This document shows, in pieces, positions 17,357 to 27,100 of a DNA stretch of 52,143 bases (position 1 is the first letter of the stretch; every line of letters starts with the position of its first letter). Both the position numbers and the translations under genes were made by a program. The notes beneath the pieces are model-generated. The model made no database searches and had not been told where the DNA came from. It worked only from the letters and a program-made list of their open reading frames with translations. Source of the DNA: Chloroflexota bacterium (GTDB lineage Bacteria > Chloroflexota > Dehalococcoidia > Lucifugimonadales > JACPCL1); contig JACQOP010000035.1 in assembly GCA_016202485.1 (NCBI GenBank), positions 1 through 52,143 on the forward strand, read 5' to 3'.

Positions 17357-18148
17357 ATGCCTCCCATCCGCGTCATCGTCCACGGCGCCAAAGGCCGCAT
17401 GGGGAAGGAGACCCTGGCTGCCCTGTCCCTTGACCCGGAGACGACGCCTGTAGGCGGAGTTGGACGTTCCAACGCCGGCGACGCCATCTCCTTGCCTGGG
17501 GGCGGCCCTATCCCCTATGATACCAGCCTGGCAGCTCTCCTGGTTCGCTGCCAGGCGGACGTGGTTGTAGACTTCACCAATGCCCAGGCCTGCCTTGCTG
17601 CGGCTCACCTATCGGCAGAGCATGGCATCCATTTTGTTACCGGCACCTCCGGCCTGAGCACCGCCGACCTTGAAGCCCTTCGCGACTTGAGTCGCCGTCA
17701 TGAAGTGGGCGTCATCGTCGGCCCCAGCTTTGCCATTGGCGCTGTGGTCTTGAACCACCTGGTGCGAGTGGCCGCCCCCTTCTTTGACTACGTGGATATC
17801 TTTGAGGCGCACCATGAGGCCAAGGTGGACTCACCTTCAGGCACCGCCATTGCCCTGGCCAGGGCAATGACAGCGGAGCGCGCCTTCAAGCGGCCCGTGC
17901 CGGAGCGGGAGCCGCTGCCCGGTACCCGCGGTGGCGAGTTCAACGGTGTGACCATCCATAGCTCCCGTATGCCTGGCCGCCTGGCTGCCCATGAAGTGGT
18001 CTTCGGCGCGCCTGGCCAGACCCTCAGCCTCAAGCACGACACCCTTAGCCGGGAATGTTTCATGCCCGGCGTCCTCATGGCCATCAAAGAAGTCGTGAAG
18101 CGGCGGGATTGCGTCATCGGCCTGGAGAGCCTCCTGGGCCTGAAGTGA
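17357..18148 (+). CDS. dapB: 4-hydroxy-tetrahydrodipicolinate reductase
   Basis: 263 aa with an N-terminal Rossmann motif IRVIVHGAKGRMG and EAHHEAKVDSPSGTA. It starts 12 nt after pnp. Confidence 0.9.
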   Translation: MPPIRVIVHGAKGRMGKETLAALSLDPETTPVGGVGRSNAGDAISLPGGGPIPYDTSLAALLVRCQADVVVDFTNAQACLAAAHLSAEHGIHFVTGTSGLSTADLEALRDLSRRHEVGVIVGPSFAIGAVVLNHLVRVAAPFFDYVDIFEAHHEAKVDSPSGTAIALARAMTAERAFKRPVPEREPLPGTRGGEFNGVTIHSSRMPGRLAAHEVVFGAPGQTLSLKHDTLSRECFMPGVLMAIKEVVKRRDCVIGLESLLGLK

Positions 18149-18286
18149 CGCCCCGGCGCGGCAAGATAGCGTCGGGGCATGTTTCACCTTCTCCCTTCAT
18201 TCTGGTAGTCTGTCTGTGTGTCATTCAACAAGAGAACACGCCCTTGTCATGCCGGTTCTGGGCGGAGGGCAGCGAAGGAGCAGCAC

Positions 18287-19312
18287 GTGGGTAATCCAAA
18301 TGTGGTCGTGGTTGGCGCGACGGGCGCCGTGGGGAAGGTCTTTCTGCGCATCCTGGAGGAGCGCCGCTTTCCGGTGGAGCGCCTCCGCCTGTGCGCCTCG
18401 CCCCGTTCCATCGGCAAGCGTATCAAGGTGAATGGTGAGGACCTTCCTGTGGAAGCCACAACGCCTGAAATCTTTGACGACGCCGATTTCGCCTTCATCT
18501 CCGCCAGCACCGCCGTGAGCCGTGAACTGGCGCCCGTGGCCGCCCAGCGGGGGGCCTTTGTCATTGACGATAGCTCAGCCTACCGTATGGACCCCAAGGT
18601 GCCCCTGGTAGTGCCAGAGATTAACGCGGAGGACCTGGAGTGGCACCAGAACATCGCCGCCATCCCCAACTGCTCCACCACACAGATGGTCATGGCCCTG
18701 TACCCCTTGCACAAGGCCAATCCCATCAAGCGCATCATCGTAGACACCTTCCAGGCTGTTTCAGGTACGGGCAACCTGGCTATAGACGAGTTGCGGGAGC
18801 AGAGCAGGACTATCCTGGAGGGCGGGTCGGCGAAGGCGTCCGTGTACCCCCACCAGATAGCCTTCAACGCCCTGCCCCACATTGAGCCTTTTATGGAGGA
18901 CGGCTACACCCGGGAAGAGCAGAAGATGCTCTACGAGACGCGGAAGATTATGCACGCGCCGGACATAGCGGTGTCCGCCACCTGCGTCCGTGTCCCGGTC
19001 TACTTCTCCCACAGCGAGGCGGTGCACGTGGAGTTCACGCACCCCATGTCCCCCGAGGAGGCCCGGGAGCTCATGGCCGCCTTCCCCGGCGTGGTGGTCG
19101 TGGATAACCCTGCGGCCAACGAGTACCCCCTGGCCATTGACGCCGCCGATAGAGACGAGGTCTTTGTAGGGCGCATCCGCAAGGACTCCTCCCACCCCAA
19201 CGGGCTGGCCATGTGGATTGTTTCCGACAACCTGCGTAAGGGTGCGGCCACCAACGCCATCCAGATTGCGGAAGAGGTGGTGAAGCGGGAGCTGCTGAAA
19301 CCACGGGGATAG
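18287..19312 (+). CDS. asd: aspartate-semialdehyde dehydrogenase
   Basis: The GTG at 18287 is preceded by GAAGGAG with 6 nt spacing and gives VGNPNVVVVGATGAVGK. An active-site region IPNCSTTQMV is present. The ORF-track start at 18218 is an upstream extension. Confidence 0.92.
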   Translation: MGNPNVVVVGATGAVGKVFLRILEERRFPVERLRLCASPRSIGKRIKVNGEDLPVEATTPEIFDDADFAFISASTAVSRELAPVAAQRGAFVIDDSSAYRMDPKVPLVVPEINAEDLEWHQNIAAIPNCSTTQMVMALYPLHKANPIKRIIVDTFQAVSGTGNLAIDELREQSRTILEGGSAKASVYPHQIAFNALPHIEPFMEDGYTREEQKMLYETRKIMHAPDIAVSATCVRVPVYFSHSEAVHVEFTHPMSPEEARELMAAFPGVVVVDNPAANEYPLAIDAADRDEVFVGRIRKDSSHPNGLAMWIVSDNLRKGAATNAIQIAEEVVKRELLKPRG

Positions 19313-19372
19313 TCATCGTCACCATCCAATAGCCTGTGCTAAACTAAACCAACCTTGCCAGGGAGGCGCGCC

Positions 19373-20335
19373 ATGACAGAAATTGGCAGACTGCTGACAG
19401 CTATGGTCACGCCCTTTGACGATAAGGGCCGCGTAGATTTCGAGCAGGCCAAGCGCCTCGCCCTGGCCCTGGTGGCCTCCGGCAGCGACGGCGTCGTCGT
19501 CGTCGGCACCACGGGAGAGTCCCCCAGCCTGACGCCTGAAGAGCAAAAGCGTCTCTTCGCAGAGGTCAAGAGCGCCCTGAAGGGCAAGGGCGCCGTCATC
19601 GCCGGCACCGGCAGCAACAGCACCGCCGAGGCCGTCCACTACACCCAGGACGCCCAGGAGGCCGGCGCCGATGGCTGCCTCCTAGTGGTCCCCTACTACA
19701 ACAACCCTACCCAGGAGGGCCTGTACCAGCACTTCAAGGCCATCGCCGAAAGCACCGACCTGCCCTGCATCCTCTACAACGTCCCCAGCCGCACGGTTCG
19801 GAACATGGAGGCGGAGACCACAGTCCGCCTGAGCGGCGTCAAAAACATCGTGGGCGTGAAAGAGGCCAGCGGCAACATGGGCCAGGTCGGCGCCATCCTC
19901 CGCGACGCCGGCAAGGGCTTCAAGGTCTGGAGCGGCAACGACGCCGATACCTTCCTCATCATGTGCATGGGCGGCTACGGCGTCGTCAGCGTCGCCAGCC
20001 ACCTGGTTGGCAAGCAGATCAAGAGTATGATGAATATGGTCCTGGATGGCAGCGTGGAGGGGGCGGCCAGGGAGCACCTGCGAATGCTCCCGCTCTCCCA
20101 GGGCCTTTTCGTCGTGGCTAACCCCATTCCCGTGAAGTACTGCGTCAACCGGGCCGGCTTCAACGTCGGCAAGCCCCGCCTGCCCCTGGTGGAGCCGGAT
20201 GAGAAAACCGCAAAATTCCTGGACGACCTGATGTCTCACTATACCGTAGACCTGCCAGTGGAGATGTCCAACAGCGGTGGGACTAAGACCGCTCCAAAGC
20301 GAGCCGCTGGTTCTCGGGCAGGGGCCAAGCGTTAG
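19373..20335 (+). CDS. dapA: 4-hydroxy-tetrahydrodipicolinate synthase
   Basis: The ATG at 19373 follows GGGAGG. The product MTEIGRLLTAMVTPF...VVVGTTGESPSLT...YNVPSRT matches DapA, with a short basic C-terminal extension. Confidence 0.92.
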   Translation: MTEIGRLLTAMVTPFDDKGRVDFEQAKRLALALVASGSDGVVVVGTTGESPSLTPEEQKRLFAEVKSALKGKGAVIAGTGSNSTAEAVHYTQDAQEAGADGCLLVVPYYNNPTQEGLYQHFKAIAESTDLPCILYNVPSRTVRNMEAETTVRLSGVKNIVGVKEASGNMGQVGAILRDAGKGFKVWSGNDADTFLIMCMGGYGVVSVASHLVGKQIKSMMNMVLDGSVEGAAREHLRMLPLSQGLFVVANPIPVKYCVNRAGFNVGKPRLPLVEPDEKTAKFLDDLMSHYTVDLPVEMSNSGGTKTAPKRAAGSRAGAKR

Positions 20336-20379
20336 TTTCAAAGAGAGGGCGTGAATGCTGTAGAGGCAGGTGTTCTCTA

Positions 20380-20404
20380 CCCCCTGCCATCCGCCCCTTC
20401 CCCA
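20380..20404 (-). repeat. 25-nt purine-rich dispersed repeat, copy 1
   Basis: The minus strand reads TGGGGAAGGGGCGGATGGCAGGGGG, matching 22 of 25 positions of 34741-34765 (plus strand). Confidence 0.5.
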
Positions 20405-20600
20405 ACCCCCGTCCTCTCTGCTACTCTGGCCCTGCAACTCCCAGTGCAGCCCTCTCCTCATACAGGACCCACGGGAGGTTGTTTCCACAAAAAATAAAAC
20501 AACTCCCGGAGGCAGCAGCGGCGGTACAGGATCTCCCATTTGTTTTCACTAAAAAGAACAACTTGCTTGCTCATGCAAGGGTATGCAGGATCAAGGGCTG

Positions 20601-20642
20601 GTAAACAGAAAGGCCCATCGGCTGATGGGCCTTTCTGTTTAC
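20601..20642. terminator. bidirectional intrinsic terminator between convergent dapA and korB
   Basis: GTAAACAGAAAGGCCCATC-GGCT-GATGGGCCTTTCTGTTTAC has 19-bp perfect arms. The GC-rich core is flanked by A-rich and T-rich arms, so it reads as a terminator on both strands. Confidence 0.7.
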
Positions 20643-20654
20643 AATCGGGATGGC

Positions 20655-21521
20655 CTAGAACACAAAGACCTCCAACTGCTCCTGAACGCTCCGGACCTTA
20701 ACCCGGCCCCGGAGGTCCTCCAGGCGCTGGTCAAGCGTGGGGCGTCCCTGTGCCTGGTAAATCACGCCAATAGGGATCTTGGCAGCATTAACAAGCTTAT
20801 GTGCAGCCTCACGGTCGTGGATATCGTGTTCCTTGGGCACATCAAAGATGATGGGCTCAATACCCTTCTTGGCGTTTCCCTTCAACTGTTCATAGTTATC
20901 GTTATAGGTGGTGCAAGGCGACAGCACGTGCACAATGGAGAAGCCTTTGTGCTCCATGCCGGCCTGGATCAGCTTGCCCAGGTCCTTTGGCTTGCTGGAA
21001 TAGCCGGAGGCAATGAAGCTTACTCCAATGGACAGGTAGTAGTCCAGCGGGTTCAAGTCGCTCTCAAGCTTGCCATAGGGGGTGGAACTGGTGATGACAC
21101 CCAGGTCCGTGGTGGGAGAGCTCTGGCCCTTGGTCAGGCCATACACGCCGTTGTCCATGATGACGCAGCAGACATCCAGATTGCGGGCGGCCTGAGGGGC
21201 TACATGCTCAAGGCCGATGCTTAAGAAATCACCGTCCCCAGCCACTACTACGACGTTGAGGTCCGGACGGCCCATCTTCGCGCCGAAGGCAATGGGCAGG
21301 GTACGCCCGTGGATGCCGTGGAAGCCGTAGGGTTGTTCCCCCTCCACAAGATGTACCAGGTTGCCGGAGCAGCCAATACCAGCTACTATCACGTTGCTGT
21401 TCATTGGTCGCTCATGGTAGGAGCAGAAGTCCTGCAAAGCGAACTCCAAGGCGCGGCGGACCCCAAAGTCACCGCAACCTGGGCACCACTTGAAATCGTA
21501 TTCCGGGTTCTTTGAGGTCAT
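20655..21521 (-). CDS. korB: 2-oxoacid:ferredoxin oxidoreductase, beta (TPP-binding) subunit
   Basis: 288 aa. It has WCPGCGDFGV at the N-terminus and GDGDFLSIG, a TPP motif. Confidence 0.9.
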   Translation of the reverse strand: MTSKNPEYDFKWCPGCGDFGVRRALEFALQDFCSYHERPMNSNVIVAGIGCSGNLVHLVEGEQPYGFHGIHGRTLPIAFGAKMGRPDLNVVVVAGDGDFLSIGLEHVAPQAARNLDVCCVIMDNGVYGLTKGQSSPTTDLGVITSSTPYGKLESDLNPLDYYLSIGVSFIASGYSSKPKDLGKLIQAGMEHKGFSIVHVLSPCTTYNDNYEQLKGNAKKGIEPIIFDVPKEHDIHDREAAHKLVNAAKIPIGVIYQAQGRPTLDQRLEDLRGRVKVRSVQEQLEVFVF

Positions 21522-23224
21522 ACTGAAACCGCCTTTCTGCTGGCTGCGCTCGCCGCATCTTTGATCCGGTTGACCAGGTCCTTGGGCCTGAAGGGCAAGC
21601 CTGTGTACTGGGTAATCGCCTGGGCGTTCACCCCATGGGAGCGGAGGAAGCTGGCAAACTGGCCCAGGTAGTTCAACTCAGGCACCAGCACCAGCTCTTT
21701 CTTCCGCAGCTCCTCCAAGAGCTTAGGAGGGAGAGGGTTAATACGCATAGAATAGTACCAGGCCAGGTTTGTCCCCTGGGCCTTTAGCCGCTCATAGGCC
21801 TCCATAGCCGGCCCTTTGGAGCCGCCCCAGGGCATGACGGCAATGGGAGCGTCTGTGTTCTCCCGTTCGTAGACATTCTCTTCCAGCAGCTTGAGCTTGC
21901 TGAAGCGGCGTGTGGTCATCTGGATATGGCGGCTGGGTAGATGAGTGGTATCACCCATAGCGTCGTGCTCGCTGCCGTTGGCCACATAGGCGCCGGGCTT
22001 GCCGGGGACAGGCATGGGGGAAAGTTCATAGCCATCGTACCGCTGGTACCCGTTGGTACCCTGGTAGGTCGCACGTACCTCTGGGACAATCTGAGAGAGG
22101 TCCGGCTTCGGGATATTCTGTACGCGCTCTGCCAGGGAGTGCTCGCTCAGCAGCACTACGGGCCCCTGGTAGCGTTCGGCCCAGTTGATGGCCAGGGCGC
22201 CACCGTAGTAGCATTCCTCCACAGTACCCGGCGCAATGATGGGGATAAGCTGGTCGCCGTGGGCAGGGGTCAGGGCGGTCATCAGGTCCGACTGCTCCGT
22301 CTTGGTAGGGAGGCCGGTAGCCGGTCCGCCGCGCTGGACATTGACTATCACGCAGGGGATTTCCGCCATCCAGGCCAGGCCAATGCCCTCACCCATAAGG
22401 GTGAAGCCGGGGCCGGCAGTGGCCGTCATGGCCTTCTTACCGGCATACCCAGCGCCTACAATAGCGGCTATGGACTCTATTTCAGAGCTGGACTGGTAAG
22501 CAAACTTGCCCGAACCTATCAGGTTGCGTTCCATATAGATAAGGATGGGCGTAGCAGGTGAGATAGGGTAGCCCACGTACACATCCAGCCCGGCGGCAAG
22601 GGCCCCGATAGATATTGCGTCGTTGCCTCTGATCATCGCCTGCTTATAATTGGGCTTGATAGGAGGCTCCAGTTCGCCAATTTGGAAGGTGGTGCTGGCT
22701 GCCCGCTCAACGCCAAAGGCAATGGCTTTCATATTGGCGTCAACGATGGCCTGGCCACGGGAGAGGTAGCGGTTGACAATGAAGTCTTGAAGGAACTTCA
22801 CAGGCATACCAACCAGGTTTGCCAGGGCGCCCATCATGACCATGTTGGCGGTACGGATATCGCCCGCCTGCTTTGCCAGATCGTCAAAGGGCATGCCAAA
22901 CATCCGTCCAGAGCTATTGGGGGTGAACGATGAGTCGTAGATAACGACCCCATCCTCGCTCAAGTCCTCCTTGTGGGTCTCGTAGGCCTCCTCATTCAAC
23001 GCCACCAGCACGTCCACAGAGTCGCCTGGCGACAGCACTGGAGTCGTTGAAATGCGCGCCTGGGTCCAGGTGGGACCGCCTAGAATCTGTGAAGGGAAGG
23101 TAGAGAAGGTGAGCGCATGATACCCAACGTCGGCAGCAATACGCGCCAACGCCTCTGAGGCGGTGACCACACCTTGGCCGCCTTCACCGGCAAACCTCAC
23201 TACAAAGTCTTGCCTTTTTGCCAT
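21518..23224 (-). CDS. korA: 2-oxoacid:ferredoxin oxidoreductase, alpha subunit (gamma-alpha fused)
   Basis: The ATG at 23224 is preceded by GGAGGA. The product MAKRQDFVVRFAGEGGQGV shows a gamma-type domain followed by an alpha domain. An ATGA overlap joins it to korB. Confidence 0.9.
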   Translation of the reverse strand: MAKRQDFVVRFAGEGGQGVVTASEALARIAADVGYHALTFSTFPSQILGGPTWTQARISTTPVLSPGDSVDVLVALNEEAYETHKEDLSEDGVVIYDSSFTPNSSGRMFGMPFDDLAKQAGDIRTANMVMMGALANLVGMPVKFLQDFIVNRYLSRGQAIVDANMKAIAFGVERAASTTFQIGELEPPIKPNYKQAMIRGNDAISIGALAAGLDVYVGYPISPATPILIYMERNLIGSGKFAYQSSSEIESIAAIVGAGYAGKKAMTATAGPGFTLMGEGIGLAWMAEIPCVIVNVQRGGPATGLPTKTEQSDLMTALTPAHGDQLIPIIAPGTVEECYYGGALAINWAERYQGPVVLLSEHSLAERVQNIPKPDLSQIVPEVRATYQGTNGYQRYDGYELSPMPVPGKPGAYVANGSEHDAMGDTTHLPSRHIQMTTRRFSKLKLLEENVYERENTDAPIAVMPWGGSKGPAMEAYERLKAQGTNLAWYYSMRINPLPPKLLEELRKKELVLVPELNYLGQFASFLRSHGVNAQAITQYTGLPFRPKDLVNRIKDAASAASRKAVSV

Positions 23225-23580
23225 GATTCCTCCGTCTTGACGCCCTTTTGGGCACACAAGTCTCCTGCACGGTCTATTAAACAATTCCTGAAAAATAATA
23301 AGAGGGAGGGTTTACCCGAAGGCGACTGTCTTGATAAAGCGGTGCAAACTGTAGTGTAGCCATGATACCACTATACCGGCGTGGGAAGTGAACCTGCTCT
23401 CCTTTGACACAGAGCAAGACCCACAGCGCACTTCATCCCTCACTGAACAGGAAGGGAGCCTGTCCTTGATAGTAGCATTCCGCTAAGATAGGTGTCAATA
23501 CGAAGCGAGGTATCGCAGATTAGCGTCGGAAGGGAACGCTGTATGTGTGAAAAATGTCACAATGTGGTCAGGACCCTGCG

Positions 23581-24795
23581 ATGAATCTCGCACCCCTCCA
23601 GCTTGATCTCGCCCGTCGCATTAGACAACAGGGCCCCATCTCCTTCGCCCTGTTCATGGAGCTTGCCCTGTACTGGCCCCACGGCGGCTACTATGCCCAG
23701 CCCAGGTCTCCAGGGCAAGACTTTTTCACTGCCCCCGCAGCTCACCCCGCTTTCGGCGCCCTCATCACTTTGCAGATTGAAGAGATGTGGCTCGCGATGG
23801 GTAGCCCACCCATCTTCGTCGTTGCAGAGCCCGGCGCAGGTTGGGGCCACCTGGCCCACGACATCCCTGCCTACGCCAAGGCGCTGGCCCCGGCCTTCGC
23901 TGCCGCCTTACGCTACATCGCCCTGGACCGTGCACCCCAGCCATCGGGCCGCATCAGCCCTCTGGCCGCCTGGGTCAAAGCCAGCGGCTTGCCCTTGCGT
24001 GGCCTCACCGGCTGTATCCTCTCCAACGAGCTTTTTGATGCATTACCTGTGCACAGGGTTGTCCAGCGCGACGGGAAGTTGCAGGAGATCTTTGTCACGC
24101 TAGACCATGGACAGTTCACCGGGGAAGAAGGGGACCCTTCTACCCCGGCCCTGGCCCAGCGCCTGGCTGCAGAAGGCATTGCCCTGGTTGAGGGCCAGCG
24201 AGCCGAGGTCTGCCTGGCCCTGGAAATGTGGCTGGCGGATGCTGCCCAGGCGCTGGAACACGGCTTCATCCTGACCTTTGACTACGGCTATCCCGCCCAG
24301 CAGCTCTACGCCCCAGCCCGTATGGGAGGCGCCCTGCGGTGTTACTATCAGCACACCGTGTCCGCCAGCCCATACGACTACCCAGGCGGCCAGGACATCA
24401 CCGCCCATGTGGACTTCACGGCCTTGCAGGCCATAGGGCAGCGGCACGGCCTTGTCAGCTATCCTCTCACCTCACAGGGCCGGTTCCTACGCAACCTGGG
24501 CCTGGGAGAATTTCACCGGCGTCTGGTCGGCGCAGGCCTCCCCCAGTCCCAGCGCGACGCCAACCGGATGGCTATGCTGGAGGTGGTTCGGCCCGGCGGT
24601 ATGGGCGACTTCAAGGTGCTGGTGCAGCGAAAAGGTATTCCAGAAGTCTCGCTGACCGGGCTGGCAGGGCTGTCGCTTGCTTGGAAGGAACGTCTTGCTG
24701 CTCTGCCCCTACCCCTTCTGGGGGACCACCACCTGGCTATCCTGGCAGCGCGCTATCCACATGCTGCCCAGTCCTACGATTCGCTGTGGAGCTAA
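23581..24795 (+). CDS. class I SAM-dependent methyltransferase, MidA/NDUFAF7 (DUF185) family
   Basis: The GPISFALFMELALYWPHGGYY...FFTAP...AEPGAGWGHLA pattern matches the family. The start could be 23554 or 23581. Confidence 0.8.
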   Translation: MNLAPLQLDLARRIRQQGPISFALFMELALYWPHGGYYAQPRSPGQDFFTAPAAHPAFGALITLQIEEMWLAMGSPPIFVVAEPGAGWGHLAHDIPAYAKALAPAFAAALRYIALDRAPQPSGRISPLAAWVKASGLPLRGLTGCILSNELFDALPVHRVVQRDGKLQEIFVTLDHGQFTGEEGDPSTPALAQRLAAEGIALVEGQRAEVCLALEMWLADAAQALEHGFILTFDYGYPAQQLYAPARMGGALRCYYQHTVSASPYDYPGGQDITAHVDFTALQAIGQRHGLVSYPLTSQGRFLRNLGLGEFHRRLVGAGLPQSQRDANRMAMLEVVRPGGMGDFKVLVQRKGIPEVSLTGLAGLSLAWKERLAALPLPLLGDHHLAILAARYPHAAQSYDSLWS

Positions 24796-24853
24796 ACGCT
24801 CTCCGAGAGACTCTGCTATACTCCATTCACTTCATCCGTCATGAGGTGCAGGC

Positions 24854-25630
24854 ATGTTTAAGAACCGCACCAAAGCAAAGCTGGCCGCCGGTGGTGTGGC
24901 CTGGGGTGTCATGTCGTCGGATCCCTCCCCCTATGCCCTGGAGGCGCTGGGCTACGCTGGGTTTGACTGGGTACTCCTAGACAATGAGCACGGTTTCGTG
25001 ACCGTTGCCGACATAGAAAGCTGCGTCCGCGCCTGTGAAATCACTGGCATGACGCCCATGGTGCGCCCCATCATGACCAGACCCGAGTTCATCCGTCCTT
25101 TCATGGACCTGGGCGCACATGGTGTTCAAGTGCCCCAGGTGGATACAGCGGAGGAGGCGAGGGTTGCGGTGGATGCCGTCAAGTATGCGCCCCTGGGCAA
25201 ACGCGGCTATGGGCCAAGCCGCTACAACAGGGGGTACTCCGGCGCTGAGTGGGTCCAGGTTTCCAACCAGGAGACACTGGTGTGCATCATGATTGAAAGC
25301 CCCAGGGGCGTCCAGAACGCGGAGGCCATTGCCAGGGTGCCTGGCGTGGATGTGGTCTTTGTGGGGCAGGGCGATCTCTCCCTGGCCATGGGCTACCCTG
25401 GCCAGATGGCGCATCCGGAAGTGACGAAGGCCGCCGAAGGCGCGGTCAAGGCTATCCTGAAAGCGGGCAAGGTGCCGGGCTGTAGCTGTCCTCCCGATGC
25501 CATCGCCTTCTGGCTGGAACGTAGCGTGCGCTACTTCCACTCCAGTTTCGGGCAAGTGGTGGCTCAGGGCAGCCAACTGTGGCTTAAGAACGCGCGGAAT
25601 GCGGCGACGAAGCTGGGCGTGTCCTCGTAA
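24854..25630 (+). CDS. HpcH/HpaI family aldolase
   Basis: 258 aa with KAKLAAGGVAWGVM...GFDWVLLDNEHG... and the TIM-barrel aldolase pattern. Confidence 0.85.
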   Translation: MFKNRTKAKLAAGGVAWGVMSSDPSPYALEALGYAGFDWVLLDNEHGFVTVADIESCVRACEITGMTPMVRPIMTRPEFIRPFMDLGAHGVQVPQVDTAEEARVAVDAVKYAPLGKRGYGPSRYNRGYSGAEWVQVSNQETLVCIMIESPRGVQNAEAIARVPGVDVVFVGQGDLSLAMGYPGQMAHPEVTKAAEGAVKAILKAGKVPGCSCPPDAIAFWLERSVRYFHSSFGQVVAQGSQLWLKNARNAATKLGVSS

Positions 25631-25633
25631 GCC

Positions 25634-26485
25634 ATGCGTTACGCCTTTGTCTTCCCAGGGGGCGACCCACACACCTGCGCCCAGCTTGCGACGGAGGCCG
25701 AGGCAGCCGGCTGGGACGGGGTATTTGTCCCCGACTCCATTTCTATTGACACGCCTGGCTACCCGCCGGCGCCCGCCTATGACCCGTGGATAACCCTGGC
25801 AGCCATGGCCGTGGCGACCCGGCGAGTGCGCTTGGGTACCATGATCACCCCTCTGCCCCGCCGCCGTGCCTGGAAGCTTGCCCAGGAGGCTGTTACCCTG
25901 GACCACCTTGCAAGCGGTAGGGTTATCCTGGCTGCAGGCCTGGGGGCCGCCAACGACGATGCTGGCTTCTACAAGGTGGGAGAGGCCATGCACCTACGGC
26001 TGCGCGCCGAACTGCTTGATGAAGGCCTAGACATCCTGGCGGGCCTCTGGAAGGGCAGACCCTTTACCTTTGAGGGTAAGCACTACCGCATCCAGGGCAT
26101 GACACTCCTCCCCACGCCGGTGCAGTCGCCTCGCATCCCTGTCTGGGTCGTTGGCGTGTGGCCCAGGCCTCTTTCCATGGCCCGGGCGAGCAAGTGGGAT
26201 GGTATCGTTGTGCAGAAAAGCGGCGGGCCAGGGGAGAGCCTGACACCTGCTGATATAGTAGCGCTGAAGGCATACTGCAACGCCCGGCGCTCCGGAGACT
26301 CCTCCTACGACGTAGTGGTGGAGGGCCAGACGCCTGGCAGCGATCTGAGAGCGGCGGCAGCCGCTACAACACCCTTTGCCGAGGCGGGGGCCACCTGGTG
26401 GATAGAGAGCATGTGGACACCGCCTAACGGTCCCGATGAAGTGCTCGCCCGCCTTCGCAAGGGGCCGCCAGACGGAAGGGCGTAG
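25634..26485 (+). CDS. LLM-class flavin/F420-dependent oxidoreductase
   Basis: 283 aa with MRYAFVFPGG...AEAAGWDGVFVPDSI...LGTMITPL...ILAAGLG, a luciferase-like pattern. It starts 3 nt after the aldolase gene. Confidence 0.8.
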   Translation: MRYAFVFPGGDPHTCAQLATEAEAAGWDGVFVPDSISIDTPGYPPAPAYDPWITLAAMAVATRRVRLGTMITPLPRRRAWKLAQEAVTLDHLASGRVILAAGLGAANDDAGFYKVGEAMHLRLRAELLDEGLDILAGLWKGRPFTFEGKHYRIQGMTLLPTPVQSPRIPVWVVGVWPRPLSMARASKWDGIVVQKSGGPGESLTPADIVALKAYCNARRSGDSSYDVVVEGQTPGSDLRAAAAATTPFAEAGATWWIESMWTPPNGPDEVLARLRKGPPDGRA

Positions 26486-26645
26486 CCAGGGCATAAGATA
26501 GACTAGACTATACCGCCGTCCAACATGAAAAGCTTCAGGAAAGCGTGCTCATTGTCATCACAAGGCTGGCTGCATAAGCTAGAATAGAAAAAGCAGTGCA
26601 TAGTCCCTGTGCCCGGAGGTACACCACCCCTGAAAGGAGCGGCCG

Positions 26646-27023
26646 ATGGCGGCGCGCTTGTCCCGCAGGGAGTTTGAACGGCAGGTGCTGAAGGCCCTGG
26701 AGGACCTTCCCAAGGCTATCCGGGAACGGATAGAGAACATGGACGTAGTGGTCCGCGACTGGCCCAATCCCGAAGACTTGGAGGAGCAAGGCATCCCTAA
26801 CCGCTACGGACTCTTGGGCCTCTATCAGGGGATCCCTCTGACGGAGCGCAGCCACTATAATATGGCCCTGCCGGATAAGATCACCATTTACCGCCACCCC
26901 ATTGAGGCCATCTGCAACACACGGGAAGAGGTGGTGCAACAGGTGCGCAAGACCGTCATCCACGAAGTAGCCCACCACTTTGGCATCTCCGATGAGCACC
27001 TGGATAGCACGGAATACGGGTAA
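26646..27023 (+). CDS. metallopeptidase-like protein (minimal zincin, Zincin_1/DUF1025 type)
   Basis: 125 aa with an HEVAHHFG zinc motif near the C-terminus. The RBS AAAGGAG lies upstream. Confidence 0.75.
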   Translation: MAARLSRREFERQVLKALEDLPKAIRERIENMDVVVRDWPNPEDLEEQGIPNRYGLLGLYQGIPLTERSHYNMALPDKITIYRHPIEAICNTREEVVQQVRKTVIHEVAHHFGISDEHLDSTEYG

Positions 27024-27100
27024 GCCGACCCATGACAACCTTGCAATGGCTAGGATTCTGAGACTCTTTTTGGGACGCCCGTGCATCAAAGAGGCAACGC

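Noticed and set aside
18149-18286. Possible lysine riboswitch (L-box) between dapB and asd
   Set aside because: At about 138 nt the gap is too short, and it lacks the conserved L-box helices and motifs. Only a weak 6-bp stem (GCCCCG...CGGGGC) lies right after dapB.
24977-25993. 338-aa minus-strand ORF spanning the HpcH aldolase and LLM oxidoreductase genes
   Set aside because: It is an antisense shadow ORF crossing a gene boundary, and its composition is not protein-like. The same reasoning applies to 19682-20539, 29281-30222, 35259-36170, 40620-41546, 37575-38279 and 50762-51655.
27024-27100. Possible FMN (RFN) riboswitch ahead of ribE
   Set aside because: The gap is only 77 nt and lacks the conserved RFN core sequences. 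The 160-nt gap at 26486-26645 also shows no RFN-like pattern.
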